The position numbers and the translations under genes are program-made. Below are positions 39,347-56,391 of a stretch of DNA of 64,000 nucleotides, piece after piece. The notes under the pieces are model-generated. The model made no database searches. It saw only the letters and a program-made list of their open reading frames with translations, and was not told where the DNA came from. Within the stretch, counting starts at the first letter, position 1; each line of letters opens with the position of its first letter. This DNA comes from Eledone cirrhosa (Eukaryota): contig OZ024740.1 in the NCBI GenBank assembly GCA_964016885.1, positions 326,926,001-326,990,000 on the forward strand, in the 5' to 3' direction.

Positions 39347-41143
39347 AAGCCTAGGTTTGGATGAAACAATTGTAAGTGAATAAATGCTTTGAACATAGCT
39401 TTGATTCTTGTGAATTCTATATAACTGCTCTGTAGAACAACTGATGTTATTACATTGAGCTATTTATCTTACTAGTAATAAGGTAGTACTAAATTACTGA
39501 CCTTCACTGTCTAGGGTTTAAAATATATATAACTATAAAAAGCTTTAGTATATACATAACCGTAAATAGTATCCTTAATATTATATATATATATACATAT
39601 ATATATGCTGAAAAATAGTCAGATGGTCAAATAAAAAATAGATATGTAGAAGAAAACATTGATATATAAGAGAAACTAATATACACATCTCACGCTTATT
39701 AGCCTTACCTGATAATTAACTCTTAGGCATAAAACTGATTCTAACAAAGCGTTACGCCAATTAACACCATTAAACTGATTGCCTTAATACATTTTTAGCA
39801 GTAATTAGTAAACTGCTCTGCTTTTGTTTCTCTCAGTAAAATACAAGCGTGTTCTCACCAATAATGGCAATTTGATTACTAGTCAGACTATGTTTCTCTT
39901 TGAATGCTAATTTCACGTAACGAATGATAGCTGTTTACGAGACTCTATTCACATCATTCACCGTTCTCGCTCACAAGACTTGTAAATGTATAAACACAAA
40001 AATTATTAAATCGACGACGAATATTCCAGTTGATCAATCAGCAGAATTACTTTCTCATTGAATTAAAGAAATATCGGTTAAATATTTCACACACACTACC
40101 ATACTTAAGGTAATTTTCAGTCAAACTGTGCCGTACATAGTTTAGCTGTTGTATTACATCCAACCAATTTTCACACACATAGTTTGAGTCTAGTCGAGGC
40201 TATGATCGGAAGCACTTACCCAATGTACAGCGAATTTGAGTAGAATATGAGGGGAACGTCTTAATATTTTGGCTATGTCTACATCTGAAATGTACGTGAT
40301 TATTGTTTCTACTTTTGGTACAAGGCCAGAAATTATCCCAGTACGTTACTGGTACTTTATTTTATCGACCCGGTAAGGATGAAAGGCAAAGTTAACCTCG
40401 GCAGGATTTGAACTCAGGCCGTAAAGAGACGTAACTCTATGCTGTAAAGCATGACGTCCGATCCTCTACCGATACTGCCAATCCATCGTACGTAATAATA
40501 ATTTCCAAATATTTAAATTCAGAGACTAGTCGAGTATTTTGACACATTACATAGCAGGTGTTTTATTCTATCGACTTCTGAAGTTGACCCGCGACTGGAT
40601 TCAAACCCGAAACTAGAAATATATTTGCGTTGAGGCTAAGAAAACAATATTAGTATTTTATCCATGTATATATTATTGGCAGTTATGACAGAAAAACTCA
40701 AGAGCTCTAGACATGTTTCAGTTGTTATTCTAACTCCATCAGCGAAGCGTGTCTTTCGCCATACTTACTGAGGCAGAAATGAAAGTATCACAAAGTAAAA
40801 TGACTAGATTGTACAGTGGTTAGTATAAAGAAACACGAATTGTTTAGAAGTGAGAGAGAATGTCATTTCTATAAGTGGAAAAAACAGAACAAACAAACAA
40901 TATAACATATAACAAGAAGCCTTATCAATCAATGACAGCACTCGATTACCCGAACACAAACAATAAAAGCAACAACAAACACAACACGAAGCCATACGAT
41001 AACATTTTTGAGTTTATGTTATCAGTTTATTTGTTAGTTTATGTTATCAGTTTTTTTTCACATGAATTAATTCTCCATTGAGTTTTTACACACATGCACA
41101 AACACACGCACACAAATACATACACACACACAATCACACACAA

Positions 41144-41251
<108 letters not shown>

Positions 41252-42184
41252 CATACACGTGGGGCGTGTATTGTCATGTTCTCTTTTATCTAATATACCT
41301 GTTTTTATGTAATTCGTATATAGTTTTCGTTCTATATTATATATAGTCCTCTTACTTTTATCTCAGCTCCCTTCTGCCGACTCCCCCACGTACATTCACA
41401 ATAACAAAAGGGACTGGTTATTGTAGAAGTATTCCAATATCTACGTATAGTTTAACATGCTTAAGGAAAAGGATGTCTGATGTTTGTTTGGAGGCGAGTG
41501 ACGAGCTATTTACACACTTGTTTCTACTGGTAATTCAACAATGAATTCATTCTTAATTTCTTCAGAGTTTGTAACAACATTCGCTAGGTTCTTGTTTTCT
41601 TTGTTTGAGGGTGTGGTTTCAATTAATCAAGAATTTATCGTGTACAGCATTTAGTATACATACACCATTAACCTAATTGACTACTCCATTTAATACACAC
41701 ACACACATATATATGTGTGTGTGTGTTTGGATTAGGAAAATTCAATCAAGCACGAAGCTCTTGGCAGACGAGTCACTGGTAAAGCTTCAGTTATAATATA
41801 TATATACATTATCTATATATATATATATATATATAGGTAAATATACACGGGTGTGTATGATTGTGTATAGAAGATTATATTAATAAGAGGAATTCCAACT
41901 TTGTCTGATTTACTCGTTTTATTTACAATCCTTTAAAATATATAATGGTATTATAATGAAATAGTATGATAGAATATTAAATTCTAAGTGTTAATTGAAC
42001 AAGTACTTTCATGCTTTCGCAATCTTCAGGTTCATAATATGTGGTGACAGTCAAGTTTGCAATTTTCTGAAAAACCATTTAGCAGTGGTTACTTGAAAGC
42101 AAATAAATCTGCTTTCAGTCGTCAGAATGAAAAAATCCTGGTGTATTTATTGAATGTGGATTTGAAAAACAAAAATATTAGAAA

Positions 42185-42264
<80 letters not shown>

Positions 42265-42265
<1 letters not shown>

Positions 42266-42752
42266 AGCAAAAAGGATATTCAATTTCTAGGTGTTTCAAC
42301 AAATATAAATGTTTATAACTGATTCTGAGCACTCGACATGTTTTCTGGATATTCAATGATATTAAATAAATGGAAACTATATTTTTAAAACCATATTTAT
42401 TCTATTATATATATTTCAAGGGTACCAAAACTTTGGTACGCTTTCATCAGATAAAATACAAAGTTTGTTTTATAAATTTTTACATAACCAAGAAAATATA
42501 CCTTAACGGGTCAAGTTTTCCTTGGATAGTGAAGGCATAAGAGAAGAAAAGTCAGATGTTTCAAATTATTAAGATGAGTATGCAAATGAGGTTGTGGTAT
42601 TGGGCTGAAAAAACGTTATTTTAGACGCTATGCAGAATTTAAATAATTAGGATATATGTATGTATGAGTAGGAAGAAGAAAAAGGAAGAAGAGCTTGTAT
42701 TTACGTTAATATAAAAGGAATTAACAATTTGGGAGGATGGTGGTATATGATT

Positions 42753-42755
<3 letters not shown>
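42265..42755 (-). mobile_element. PLE 3' UTR/tail fragment between (TA)n tracts; near-identical longer copy at 49533 to about 50480
   Basis: 42423-42755 matches 49533-49857; tail is homologous to 10860-10983 and 59401-59520. Confidence 0.8.
42398..42458 (-). ncRNA. Type I hammerhead ribozyme, same family as 10786 and 59766
   Basis: tattttat-CTGATGA-aag-c-gtaccaaa.gt.tttggtac-c-ctt-GAAA-tatata-TA-atagaata. Confidence 0.85.
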
Positions 42756-42833
<78 letters not shown>

Positions 42834-42924
42834 ATATGTAAAATGTAAACAGAAATAACCAGACAATCGGTACAGTATATGGAAGGTATATATTAGGTTA
42901 ACGCTTGAAATAGGAGGAAGAGGG

Positions 42925-42960
42925 TCTTAACGTTTCGGAGGCTAGACCGTCATCAGAAGA
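42925..42960 (-). ncRNA. Minimal type I hammerhead (family also at 60847-60875 minus, decayed at 47549-47585 plus, clipped at 18850)
   Basis: tctt-CTGATGA-c-gg..cc-GAAA-cg-TT-aaga, followed by the shared tail ctatttcaagcgttaa.ctaatatat. Confidence 0.7.
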
Positions 42961-43287
42961 AACAATGAGAAATTAGAAAGATTGAAGAGTCGGGCGGGAT
43001 GGAATTGGAAAAAATGTTTTAAGAGAAAAATAACAGGTCCATTTATGATATATGTATTTGCATCAGTGTGTGGGGGAAATGTGGGGTGTACAGGCGTCTG
43101 TGTTTACGTCTACTGTGTTCGTGTCCTCTAGCAATTCGACAGATAGAGATCGATAAAATAAGTATCAGACATAAAGGAAATAAGTACACAGATCGATATT
43201 ATCAACTAAACAGGTCGCACATAATCGCTGTCCAATGACTGAAAGTAGTAAAAGAATATGTATATATGTATAAACATACACACACAC

Positions 43288-43368
<81 letters not shown>

Positions 43369-43559
43369 CTTGTATGTGTGTATATGTATATATGTGTGCG
43401 TGTGTGTATGTATCTCTCTCTCTCTCACTATCACTCTCTTTCTATCTCCCTCTCCCTCTTTCGCTCTCTCGATACACACACACACACATATATATATATA
43501 CATATGTACATATATATATATATATATATACATCTATATATGTAAATATAAGTATATAC

Positions 43560-43593
<34 letters not shown>

Positions 43594-43598
43594 ATATG

Positions 43599-43661
<63 letters not shown>

Positions 43662-43969
43662 GGTCTGTCATCTTTCTCGATATATATATATATATGTACA
43701 CATTATATCTCCTCTCTCCTCGCTCGTTTCCCCCTCTCCCTTACTATATAAGTTTGTGTGTGTGTGTGTCTGTGTGAGAGAGAGAGAGAGAGTCAAGTGG
43801 GTGCACCTTTGTGTGAGTCTACATACACATATGCATCTATAATGATCTACATACCCCATAAATTTGGCCTACTTTTTTAAGTCTAATATTGCTTTTCATT
43901 TGATGTCATCGGAAAAATATATAGTGCACGCAAATGAATGCATCTCTCCTCTGCCTTTCTTACTTTTAC

Positions 43970-44058
<89 letters not shown>

Positions 44059-44186
44059 AACATTCTCTCTCTCTCTCTCACTCTTTCTCTCTCTCTGTGA
44101 TCCTCTCTCTCTTTATTTTTTTATCTAATTCCTCTAACTCTCATTCTTTTTCCTCCTTTGGAATTATACTCACACACACACACACA

Positions 44187-44346
<160 letters not shown>

Positions 44347-44661
44347 TATATCATTGGAAATGAAGAAAAAAAACACAACATATACATATATAAGAAATAG
44401 AACGCTGTAGGATGTCGCCTTAACGATTCTTAGGTGTATTGATTACTTGTTTATTGTTTTGTATTTGTGTTTTTGTTTCTTTGTGCCACACCATTCTCTT
44501 TCACACGTAAAAATCGCTCGCACGCCGCGACAAATAGTTTGACTGGAACTCTCACTTATCGAATTTTATTTAAATGATAGTAGAACTAAGTTTCAATTAA
44601 ATGGTAACTAATATCAATATATATTTCTTGGATGTCTCTAAGGCTTTGTGTTTATGCACAC

Positions 44662-44733
<72 letters not shown>

Positions 44734-44794
44734 TTCAAGAGTAACCAATCTTAAAGAGAGAGATGGAGATAGGAGAGGAGATATGAGAGGAGAG

Positions 44795-45508
44795 ATTGGT
44801 GAATTAGTTAGAAGCCAAAGCGTAAAGGCATGTGCTCAATGTGAAATATGCAGTAGAAAGCAGCTAGGTGGCTGGGTTCATGCAGAAGTTAGGTGCGCAG
44901 AGCTGGAAATATTCATTAGTTAAGCAAAGCAAGACCACACATTTCACAAGGAAGATATTATTAAAAGATTGTCAACATATTTTAGTTTGATGTAAGGAAT
45001 GTAGAGAATAATAATAATAATATTAATAATAATAATGTCCGTTTACAATTGTTTCGCTACTCCATATAATATTTCTGGATCAGATAACTATATATCATAA
45101 TTGATCTGGTTCAGTTGAAAATAATTAACATATTTAAAAGACAGAGCGGCTCAGCGGAACTTCAAAGTAATATAAATTAAAATAATGAGAGAATGTTACA
45201 TAATATAATGTTCCATATATTGGTTTTTACTATGGTGTCTTGGTTGCATCAGTTCTCAGCCATAATCAAGCAGTATTCATCTGTCGAGGCTGCATTGTGT
45301 GAGATCTGCCTATGGGTACACATATATAGTCATATGATCCAGAAATATTATATGGAGTAGCGAAACAATTGTAAACGGACATTATTATTATTAATATTAT
45401 TATTATTATTCTCTACATTCCTTACATCAAACTAAAATATGTTGACAATCTTTTAATAATATCTTCCTTGTGAAATTTGTGGTCTTGCTTTGCTTAACTA
45501 ATGAATAT
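44795..45508. mobile_element. Fold-back PLE-type insertion: arms 44909-45082 and 45335-45508, extra tail 44795-44908
   Basis: 174-bp near-perfect inverted arms; homologous to the 53418-54451 element. Confidence 0.85.
45041..45160 (-). ncRNA. Variant hammerhead-like fold (CCGCTGA core, long stem II)
   Basis: gtt-CCGCTGA-gccgctctgt..(about 75 nt)..atggagtagc-GAAA-caattg-TA-aac. Confidence 0.5.
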
Positions 45509-45941
45509 ATATAATATATATATATCTATGTGCATTATATATATATATATACATAAAACTGAGGTTGTCTGTCTGTCTACTAAAACGGTCGGCACACATC
45601 TCCTCTTAAACCGTACGTATTTCGGTGAAATTGCTACACTTAAAGATGAAGGTCCGGCGGAGACATTGGTCAAACAATTTTCAAAAATCGAAGTGCAAAA
45701 ATCGAATTTGTAATGTATTGATTTTTCAGTTCAAATGTATAAATAGAGATGAGAGACGAGTTATTTCCCTTTTAAGGCGTTATTTGTTTATTTATTTACG
45801 TTACGAATAAACTACGCGTACAAAAATACGCGAACAGTTTTCGGGCCAGCAAAATTTTAACCTGCAAAATTCATGAGTTCGAAGTTTCAACATTAAGCTT
45901 CCATTTTGCTTCATTTCCATTAAAAAGACTTTTAAAACAAT

Positions 45942-46060
45942 ATTTCAGCGCATCAGCCTCGCCAACACCCGAGGCAACGCTGCGAGTGTGCTGGCTTGCC
46001 TCAAAATTAGAGAGGTTGCCCAGTACTCGCGACGGTGCTGACTTTTGCCCTGGTGTTGGC
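45942..46060 (+). mobile_element. CRE-clade LINE 3' end, same family as 6040-6546
   Basis: FQRISLANTRGNAASVLACLK; aacgctgcgag.gtgctg...tgcctcaaaa..tagagaggtt.cccagt shared with the 6.1-kb copy. Confidence 0.7.
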
Positions 46061-46317
46061 TCCGTTGTTCACCCCTTCCTTTGCATTTTCTTTAATATTG
46101 TAGTTTATGTATATATTTAAAAATATGTGTTATGTTATTCTACTGTAAATTTATTTATATGCTCTGTTTATACCCTCAACAATCTATGAAACTACATACA
46201 ACTCTCTCTCTCTATATATATATCACACACACATATACATATACATCTAAAGAGAGAAAGGGAGATGTAGAGAGAGAGTGAGATAGGTCGTTATACAGAG
46301 AGAGGTACAAGATAATC

Positions 46318-46354
<37 letters not shown>

Positions 46355-46378
46355 ATGGCGACGAACGCTGGTTCACAT

Positions 46379-46422
<44 letters not shown>

Positions 46423-46500
46423 AGAGAGAGAGAGAGAGATCTGCGCGTTCTTTATTGTTCTCCATTCTGCAGGAGGAAGAGAGAGAGAGGGGGTATGAGT

Positions 46501-46583
<83 letters not shown>

Positions 46584-47255
46584 TATGAGAAAAAAGGGAG
46601 AGGGGTTAAGAAAGAAAGAAAGTTTAAGCAAAGAATCGATGCTTTCAACATTAACGGGATCTTCTTAAACTAATAAATTCTATCTGTGGACGCAGAATTA
46701 AATATTTCGAGAAACGTTGCAACCGAAGGAAATCAGGAAGACGATATTTTGGTTCGTGAAGACGTTCTCTGGTAATGAACGAAAAAAAAGCGAGGATAAT
46801 ACGTCGTTATGTGGACCGAGAAGAACAATTTCATGCAAAGACAAGACCAAGTTTATGGTGTAAATGGAGTCGTTAGACTAATATTCTATTTAAAACAACC
46901 GAATGATTTCCAGCCCCGGAGTTTAAGAATGATGTAAATAAGATTGTAAACGAAAATGACAGAGGTTATTAAAATAGTTGTTTCTACTTTTGGCACAAGG
47001 CCAGCAAATACCCAGTACATTACTGGTATTTTATTTTATCGAACCCGTAAGGATGAAAGGCAAAGTTAACCTCGACGGGATTTTAACTTTGCCTTAAAAT
47101 AGTAAAAGTAAATAGTGAAGATTTAGGCCCGTACATACGTATGCGCCGACGGACATACACATACATATACATATGCACACACAAATACATACACACGCAT
47201 AAACACCACACACACGCGTGAGTATATAATGTTTAATATAGAAATGGCTTCTACA

Positions 47256-47325
47256 GGACTAGAACTGTTTCATTCAAAGGAAATAATAAGGAAATAATTT
47301 CCTTCGAATGAAACAGTTCTAGTCC
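47256..47325. repeat. Short fold-back hairpin containing the 3' half of an HHR-like motif
   Basis: ggactagaactgtttcattc.aaggaaat / atttcctt.gaatGAAAcagtTCtagtcc; (TA)n follows. Confidence 0.6.
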
Positions 47326-47335
47326 AATCGAAGTG

Positions 47336-47394
<59 letters not shown>

Positions 47395-47466
47395 TATAAC
47401 TATTAAGCTCTGTTACCTACATAGAGCACTCTTTTTCCTGGACTTTTCCGACGGAATTACTCCATT

Positions 47467-47470
<4 letters not shown>
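47395..47470 (+). mobile_element. Isolated 3' terminal fragment of the PLE family seen at 22150-22225, between (TA)n tracts
   Basis: agctctg.tac.tacatagagcactctt...gactttt...acggaa shared. Confidence 0.6.
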
Positions 47471-47497
<27 letters not shown>

Positions 47498-47935
47498 TCG
47501 TTCCTTCCTCTCATCACTCTTTACTCTTTACTTTCTATTTCTAACTCTATCTTCTAATGAAAGACAAGTGTCCGATTCGTTAAGACTCTCTCCCTGCTAT
47601 TTCAAGCGTTAAACTAATATATTGTGTCTATTTGTGTGAGTGTGCGTACGTGTCTGCATATTTTGTGTGTAAATATTGTTTATATAAGTTTTTTTATAAA
47701 GATCTTTTTCTAAATGTTTCTAGAACATTTTTGGTGGTTTTCACTGTGTGTAGGTATGTGTGTAGGTATGTGTGTGTATGTTTGTACCTATGTATCTATG
47801 TAGCAATATATTTCTATATGTGTGTGTGTGGTTATTTACTTATCCCATTTATCTTAATGTCTTTCCTCTTTTTCCTCAGTTTCTATTAATGACTAGTTTG
47901 ACTGCAGACTCTATCCACCCCCTCTTCTCTGGAGA

Positions 47936-48032
<97 letters not shown>

Positions 48033-49387
48033 TATATATGTGTGTGTGTGTGTGTCTATATATATATGTGAGTCCCGGGTTCAATAGGAGGTAACCACAG
48101 TTAGTAAGGTACTTAGTAGAGTGTAAACATCAAGTTTAATATAGAAATGGCTTCTACAGGACTATTCAAACGAATATATACGCGAAAATTAAACGGATAA
48201 AGAAAACAATACAGTACAATGAAAATATATATTAGTTTAACTCTTGACATAGTAGGAAATTATTCATCTGAACATCAATTATCCGTAATTCGTATTATCC
48301 AAAACGTGTTCAAGCTCTCCTGAATATATAATTCGTCATAATGCATGTAACTCGAACTCTGCTACCATTTCTTGTGATTAAAGGCGAATATAGCTACTGG
48401 AGAACATATCAAAAGGTTATATGAAAAGCTTGTTACTTGTGTGTAACTGCTGTGGTGTTTATTTACAGTTATCAAAAGTATTACATGTCGGTCGATCCAC
48501 TACCTTGATCGCGGTCACTTTAAACAGTGTTATGATAATGTTAACACACACAAATAATTGATTGAGGTAAAATCAGTAATGTCTTCATTCACCTGGTGAC
48601 TTTCTTCCCAGTACATGTTAAAAGCAATCGAATCTGTTGTTCATAACATGTCTGTGAAGACGAAATGATGATCACTGATAATCGAACAGAAAAATGAGAT
48701 TTTAAAGTGAAAAGACATCGAAGATGGCGTATGAGTACAAACCATTGGGAAAATAACAGTATCTAAAAACAAAACCGAGAAATTTATCAATCAAAATTTT
48801 ACTTCATATTCATTGAAAAAAAAAGAGTCTATGAATGTATGGCTAAGTACGGATACCGTCGATTGGGAGACAACTCATAATGACACCTCATCAAGTTTCC
48901 ATAATGAAGCTAAAGACGGTTGGTGACTTTTTATGGGTTGACATGAAACAGGAGATCAATGCAGTTTAGTTGATGTTCATTCATCAAATATTATCGTTAG
49001 CAAAAACAAAAACACAAAAATATATTAGCAACACAAGTAACAACGACTAAATATTGTTTTCCGATCTCTACTTTAATAAATATTATGTACATGTACTTAG
49101 CGCCTTCAATGAATTTGATGTAAACTTGATGCAAACATAAATATATTTTTGTAGGTATCTCATGTCTCCTTCAATTTTTAGCTTTATATCTTTGTTATTT
49201 AAATGACACATAAGATGATTTTATTTATAAAAAAAAAATATTTTAAGCAATATCCAGTTTGTATACTGAATGACAGAATAACTCTGTAATCGTGCTTTTC
49301 GGCATAATGATATTCAGTATGGCTTCCCTTATTTATAAGATCAAAACTCTCCCCACGCTTCTTAGCATAATTGAGGCCTATCTATAG

Positions 49388-49506
<119 letters not shown>

Positions 49507-51508
49507 GATGTAAATAATATATATGTATAATATACCAAAACTTTGGTACGCTTTCATTAGATAAAATACAAAGTTTGTTTTATAAATTTTGATATAACCA
49601 AGAAAAGATACCTTAACGGTTCAAGTTTTCCTTGGATAGTGAAGGGATAAGAGAAGAAAAGTCAGATATTTCAAATTATTAAGATGAGTATGCAAATGAG
49701 GTTGAGGTATAGGGCTGAAAAAACGTTATTTTAAATGCTATGCAGAATTTAAATAATTAGGATATATGTATGTATGAGTAGGAAGAAGAAAAAGGAAGAG
49801 GAGCTTGTATTATTTAAAAGGAATTAACAATTTGGGGGAATGGTGGAATATGATTCCTGAATTTAAATTTATTTAGCTATATTATGAGTTATAATATTGT
49901 ATATATAATCAATTAGATTATATGAAGAATTATGGTTGTAAGTATATTTTATCTTATTACATTACAATAGGTTATAAGTATATAAATATCTATATAGATT
50001 AATAATTGTGCATATATAAGTATTATAGAAATATTAGTTGTTTACATTTCTAATATGAGTTACGAAGGATGTTGATTTTGCATTTTACATAAAAAACAGG
50101 TGGTTCAAGTTGTAAGAGGAGAACAATTTGAAGATTCGAATATTTTGTTCCAACATTGAAAATGTTTTCAGAATATTGTTAATTTAGCGAAGTTATATAG
50201 TTTATCGTACATATTATATTATAATATCATGTTTATGTTTGCACGATTGAAAAGGGAAAGATAACTCCAATCTTGTTTGTTAACCGTTAAATTTGATGAA
50301 TGATTTACTCAGAAAATATATAGAGAAAATTATATATTATTTTGTGTGAGATTAATTATTTTAGTCGAAAGATGTGTGAAAGTTTGAATATCAAAAGGAG
50401 AGGAAAACGTAATGTGCATTTCGAAGAACTATCGTAAAGAGGATAAATTTTCAGAATGTCAATTAAAGATTATCAATCTACATCTAAAAAAATATATTTC
50501 ATTAGGAAAATAATGTCAGAAGTAAAAAATATTAAAAAATATATATTAAAAAATTAAAAAATTAATGTCAAAAGGTAAAAATAGTAGAAATATTAAAAAA
50601 TTAAGAAGGAAGATCATTTAAAATAATTTACATTTAAATTTTTAAAGAAAATAGGATCATTTTGAAAATGATCCTATTTTCATTTGTTCAACTTTGACAC
50701 TGGAAGTAACAGAAGTCATTGCAAGTCATAGGATCAACTATTTCAACCAATACATAATGAATCTATGACCAGTGTTGATGAAGATCTATCTCTGATGAAC
50801 TGAAGTAGTTTCGCGAAGAAAATAATAATTAAGTTTATGGTTCAATTTGCATCAAAGACAAGTGACTAACTGAGGTAACTGCTGAATTTATAAATATTTA
50901 GTGAAGACAAACCGCGGGAGCTTCTATGCTACCTGTAACAGACTCATTGTAACTGACCTATAGGATAGGACTAGCTAAATGGTAGATTTCCTGCTCAATA
51001 GCTCACCTTGTATTTAAATGGCATTGCGAGAGTCTATCCACTCCATTTATTGATTATATATCCTGGCAATTAATCATTGTGAATCCTGAATACCCAAACA
51101 TTCTAAATGCATAGATTCTCAAATAATCTTGCTGGATAATTTGATGGAACACCGATTTCTAGATGAAATAATTACCTTTTGCTTTTCGAAATCTCAGTTT
51201 ATTTTTAATTATGAAAAACTAACTAAATAGTAGATTTTACAGTTGCATGTATAGAATTATCTTGAACATAGAAATGATTGTATGTTTAATAAATTCACAT
51301 CCCACCTACGGGGCTCCAGTTTTGATCCTACTACACGATAACTTGGGAAATTATTTTCTGCATTAAACAAAGCCTTGTGATATTATTACGTTTTCGTTTT
51401 CATATTAGTCAAATGCCTATAGACATTTTGGTGGAAAGAAAGCTACACTTAATCATAGCAGTATATTTATTTTCGAGATATATATATATATATTTCATAT
51501 GGGAGGAT

Positions 51509-51592
<84 letters not shown>

Positions 51593-51729
51593 GAGAGAGA
51601 GAGATTTTAGTGAAAAGGGAAGCATAGGCAGGTGAGACCAGACAGTTGAATTACTGAACATAGCTTAATGAATATGTACAAAAACTGCAAGAAATACACG
51701 TGGGAGAGGATAGTATATTCAATGTATAC

Positions 51730-52075
51730 TTTAACTTTGATAACTTTGATAGGTTTCAGCTAGTATTGGCCCAGGCCATGTCTAACTTAATAGCACCACC
51801 TGGCGAAGTCTTTCAAATCAGGATTTGGACACAATGGCCCACTCAAGTAGAGAGTTATTGTTTACGGAGACATAGGGTGTTGGAGATTTATCCGAGATTT
51901 CTTCAAGGAATTTGTCCAAAGTTTTCTTGAACTTTATGGGGTCTGTTTCTGTTTTAATGTGTTTTCGTGTAATGTTAACGAGATCGGGGCCAATTGAAGT
52001 GAAATAATTGTGCCGTATTGTTGTTTTGATATGCGAGTTTGATTTTTGTTTTGGGTGGATAGCACGGTGAATATG
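51730..52075 (-). mobile_element. CR1/L2-group LINE 3' end with a short tandem tail
   Basis: TIRHNYFTSIGPDL.N..FKKTLDKFLEEI.D..P.Y..NSLLEW; tail atcaaagttatcaaagttaaagt. Confidence 0.75.
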
Positions 52076-52699
52076 TACAGTGATTACAATAAGATAAGTA
52101 TGGATATTTATACACCCATAAATATACACACACATATGTAACAGCTATTACGTAATAAATAAAATCTGCTGAAGTATAAACTTATTGCCTTCTATATATA
52201 TATATATATATATATATGAAAACATGGCGTGCTGCGTGGTTGCAAATGGGTTACATCTCCGCTGTGGCCCGTCTGTTTCTTTCTTACTGCTTCCTCTTTT
52301 CTCTGTATCTCACACTTCCTTTTACCCCCTCTACCAGTCACTCTCTCTGTTAGCCTCTTCCTCACACTTTCACTCACTCACTCTCTGCTACTCCCTCTCC
52401 TACTTCCTCCCATTTGACCTGTGCGAAATTCTTTCCTTACTCACATTTCGACCAGGTTTGATTGTCTTTATTCTCTCTCATCCACGATTTCACAGAACTT
52501 ATGTTCATCGATTTCAGGGACTTGACTCCTTCTTCGTCACTTTCGTTACATTAACATCTTTGTTTGTTTACTGTCTCGCTCGTTCCCCCTACTTACGTGT
52601 CCCAACGACTTTCTTTAGCCGTTGCTCGCACCAACCAGAGGTATATGGTCTTTAAAGCGATGAAATACCAATGAAGGCTGGAAGATCACTGATGAAGGA

Positions 52700-52792
<93 letters not shown>

Positions 52793-52794
<2 letters not shown>

Positions 52795-52882
52795 AGGGGG
52801 TTCAAAACAAATGTATACTCACTTCAAGAGCTTTCTACTAAACAGAGGTAATCAAAGTGTGTTTACATCTTTTGGGGACACC

Positions 52883-52884
<2 letters not shown>
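52793..52884. mobile_element. Tiny Tc1/mariner MITE in (TA)n
   Basis: Imperfect TIRs cagggggttcaaaacaaatgtatac / gtttacatcttttggggacacccg. Confidence 0.5.
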
Positions 52885-52934
<50 letters not shown>

Positions 52935-52940
<6 letters not shown>

Positions 52941-53133
52941 AAATGTTTGACCCCGACGGCAGAGCTCAAGCCGTTTCGATGGCTATTTCTGGACTCCAGA
53001 AATAGCCGTCGAAACGGCTTGAGCTCTGCTATCGGGGTCAAACATTTCCCTATTACCCACTCTACTACCCTAAGTATTGAGTGTCTGGTGCGTTATGGTG
53101 CATCTGGTTCCTTATCACACCTCCTTCGTTATC
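52935..53133. mobile_element. Fold-back element: near-perfect palindrome 52935-53053 centred on 52994, plus an 80-nt tail
   Basis: 59-bp arms with 3 mismatches; right arm carries gtc-GAAA-cggc-TT-gagc (HHR 3' half). Confidence 0.8.
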
Positions 53134-54522
<1,389 letters not shown>

Positions 54523-54566
54523 GTAGTTAAGCAAATCAGAGAGAATATTCTCCGAAATCATTAGAC

Positions 54567-54755
<189 letters not shown>

Positions 54756-56311
54756 ATAGAAAACGAAAAAACAAACTAAATATAATGGAGAGGGTGAGTA
54801 GGAGAAAGTGTAGAAAAAAAAATACATAAATAAAATAAATAACTACATAAACACATGAGTACATAAATGTTAAATATTTAAATATGTAAATATCCATATT
54901 ATATATATATATAACGCAACATAAACAAATATAAGACAAGAATAATAAAATAATTCAGTAGTCTACTACACAGTCTACAAGAATTTCACTTATGCCACAC
55001 ATTCGTAATAGATTGTGTCGATTTGCAATCTCAGTATAAACATTAATCTTAAAGATTAATGGAAGTAAACTTTAAGTAAATCGTCTCAAAATGAGTGACA
55101 AAGTAGCTGCCGTTGATCCAAAACATTCTGACAGCCCTTACCATCCTTTGTTTGTCTTTACCATCTAATGTCTCCTTTACTTATTTAAGATTTGGTTTCT
55201 ATTTTTAGCAGGTCAACCAGCTACATACAGATCTTCATTAATGGTATGAGTGACGAAGTTTTCAGTAAAACAAAACGTGACCATATCATTCCGTGATCAT
55301 ATATCAAAGTTTAGGATGATACCCGAGATGTAACTATATAAAAAAGAACGGTCTTGGCTGGGTTACTTCCGTATATATTCCACGAAGTTATTTCCGTATA
55401 TAGGTGCACATGGTTGTCCAGACAACAGAACACAAATGATCCCAGTAATTCTGTGTTTCTTCCCATAAACTTCAATATAAACTTCATTTATATGCTGCTA
55501 ATTCCCTTGACAAAGAGGTGATCATTATACCATCTCATACATCTCTCACATATTAATATTCATGTTAGAAATCAATATGACAAGCATTGTGGATCATCAA
55601 TCATTGTGCTGAATGATTGCTGCCTCACTGGTGCTGACCTACATCAGCTTTCTCATCACACCTCAGATATCGAAAGAAATAGAGACATATGTCGGCTATT
55701 GTGTCTTGTTGGACGCTTGCAGATTATAAATTAAGATAACGTGGAATAAAATATTAGTCTTTTATGGATACAATTCATGAAATATGTAAGAAAACATGAC
55801 ATTGTATGACATTCATATGGTTTAGGCGAGTTTCAACTGGGAAAAACGAGGGAGCTTATCGCTATTTTACAGTATTTTCTGAATAGGCAACGATTTGGCA
55901 GAGCGCCTCGTGCATCAAGTTCAATACGTTGTGATATTTACTCAAACTCTTCGTGATCAACTTGACCTTTCATCCTCTGGGGATCAATACAATAAAATAT
56001 ACGTCCAAGATGACGGGCTGCGAAATTGCCATAGCATTAGTTTGCGTTATTTGATGCCCCGATCTTACGTGGTAGACATAATCTGGCAACCGACTTAAAA
56101 TGATCATCTGACCCTCGGCTACCTTTAGCGAAGTTTAACGTGGCTTCTCGTTTCATGATAAGTTTCTTTCTTCATCACTAGCTTCAAGGGCATTGCATAG
56201 AGAGACGGTTGTAAAAACATATGTATTAGTAAGTTAGTAGACATTATACGTCAGTCTGAATAAAGGAGAATTTAAATGTATTTAAATTTAAATGAATTTA
56301 AATGAATTTAA

Positions 56312-56391
<80 letters not shown>

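Larger units (their letters stand above)
36127..39522 (-). mobile_element. 5'-truncated Naiad-like PLE (RT-thumb-linker-GIY-YIG, 1.6-kb 3' UTR, HHR) capped by an inverted copy of its own 3' end
   Basis: Perfect 77-bp inverted termini at 36127-36203 and 39347-39423; TA-rich flanks; coding remnants listed next. Confidence 0.9.

Noticed and set aside
49533-49570. HHR in the second copy of the 42.4-kb family
   Set aside because: Core mutated (CTAATGA) and the GAAA half is missing
52685-52702. CTGATGA before (TA)n
   Set aside because: Only a half core; no GAAA or stem partners
55050-56000. Possible decayed piggyBac-like transposase (minus); similar hints at 50700-50950 and a Tc1-like hint at 46700-46950
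   Set aside because: Only scattered short motif resemblances across stops and frameshifts; needs a translated HMM search
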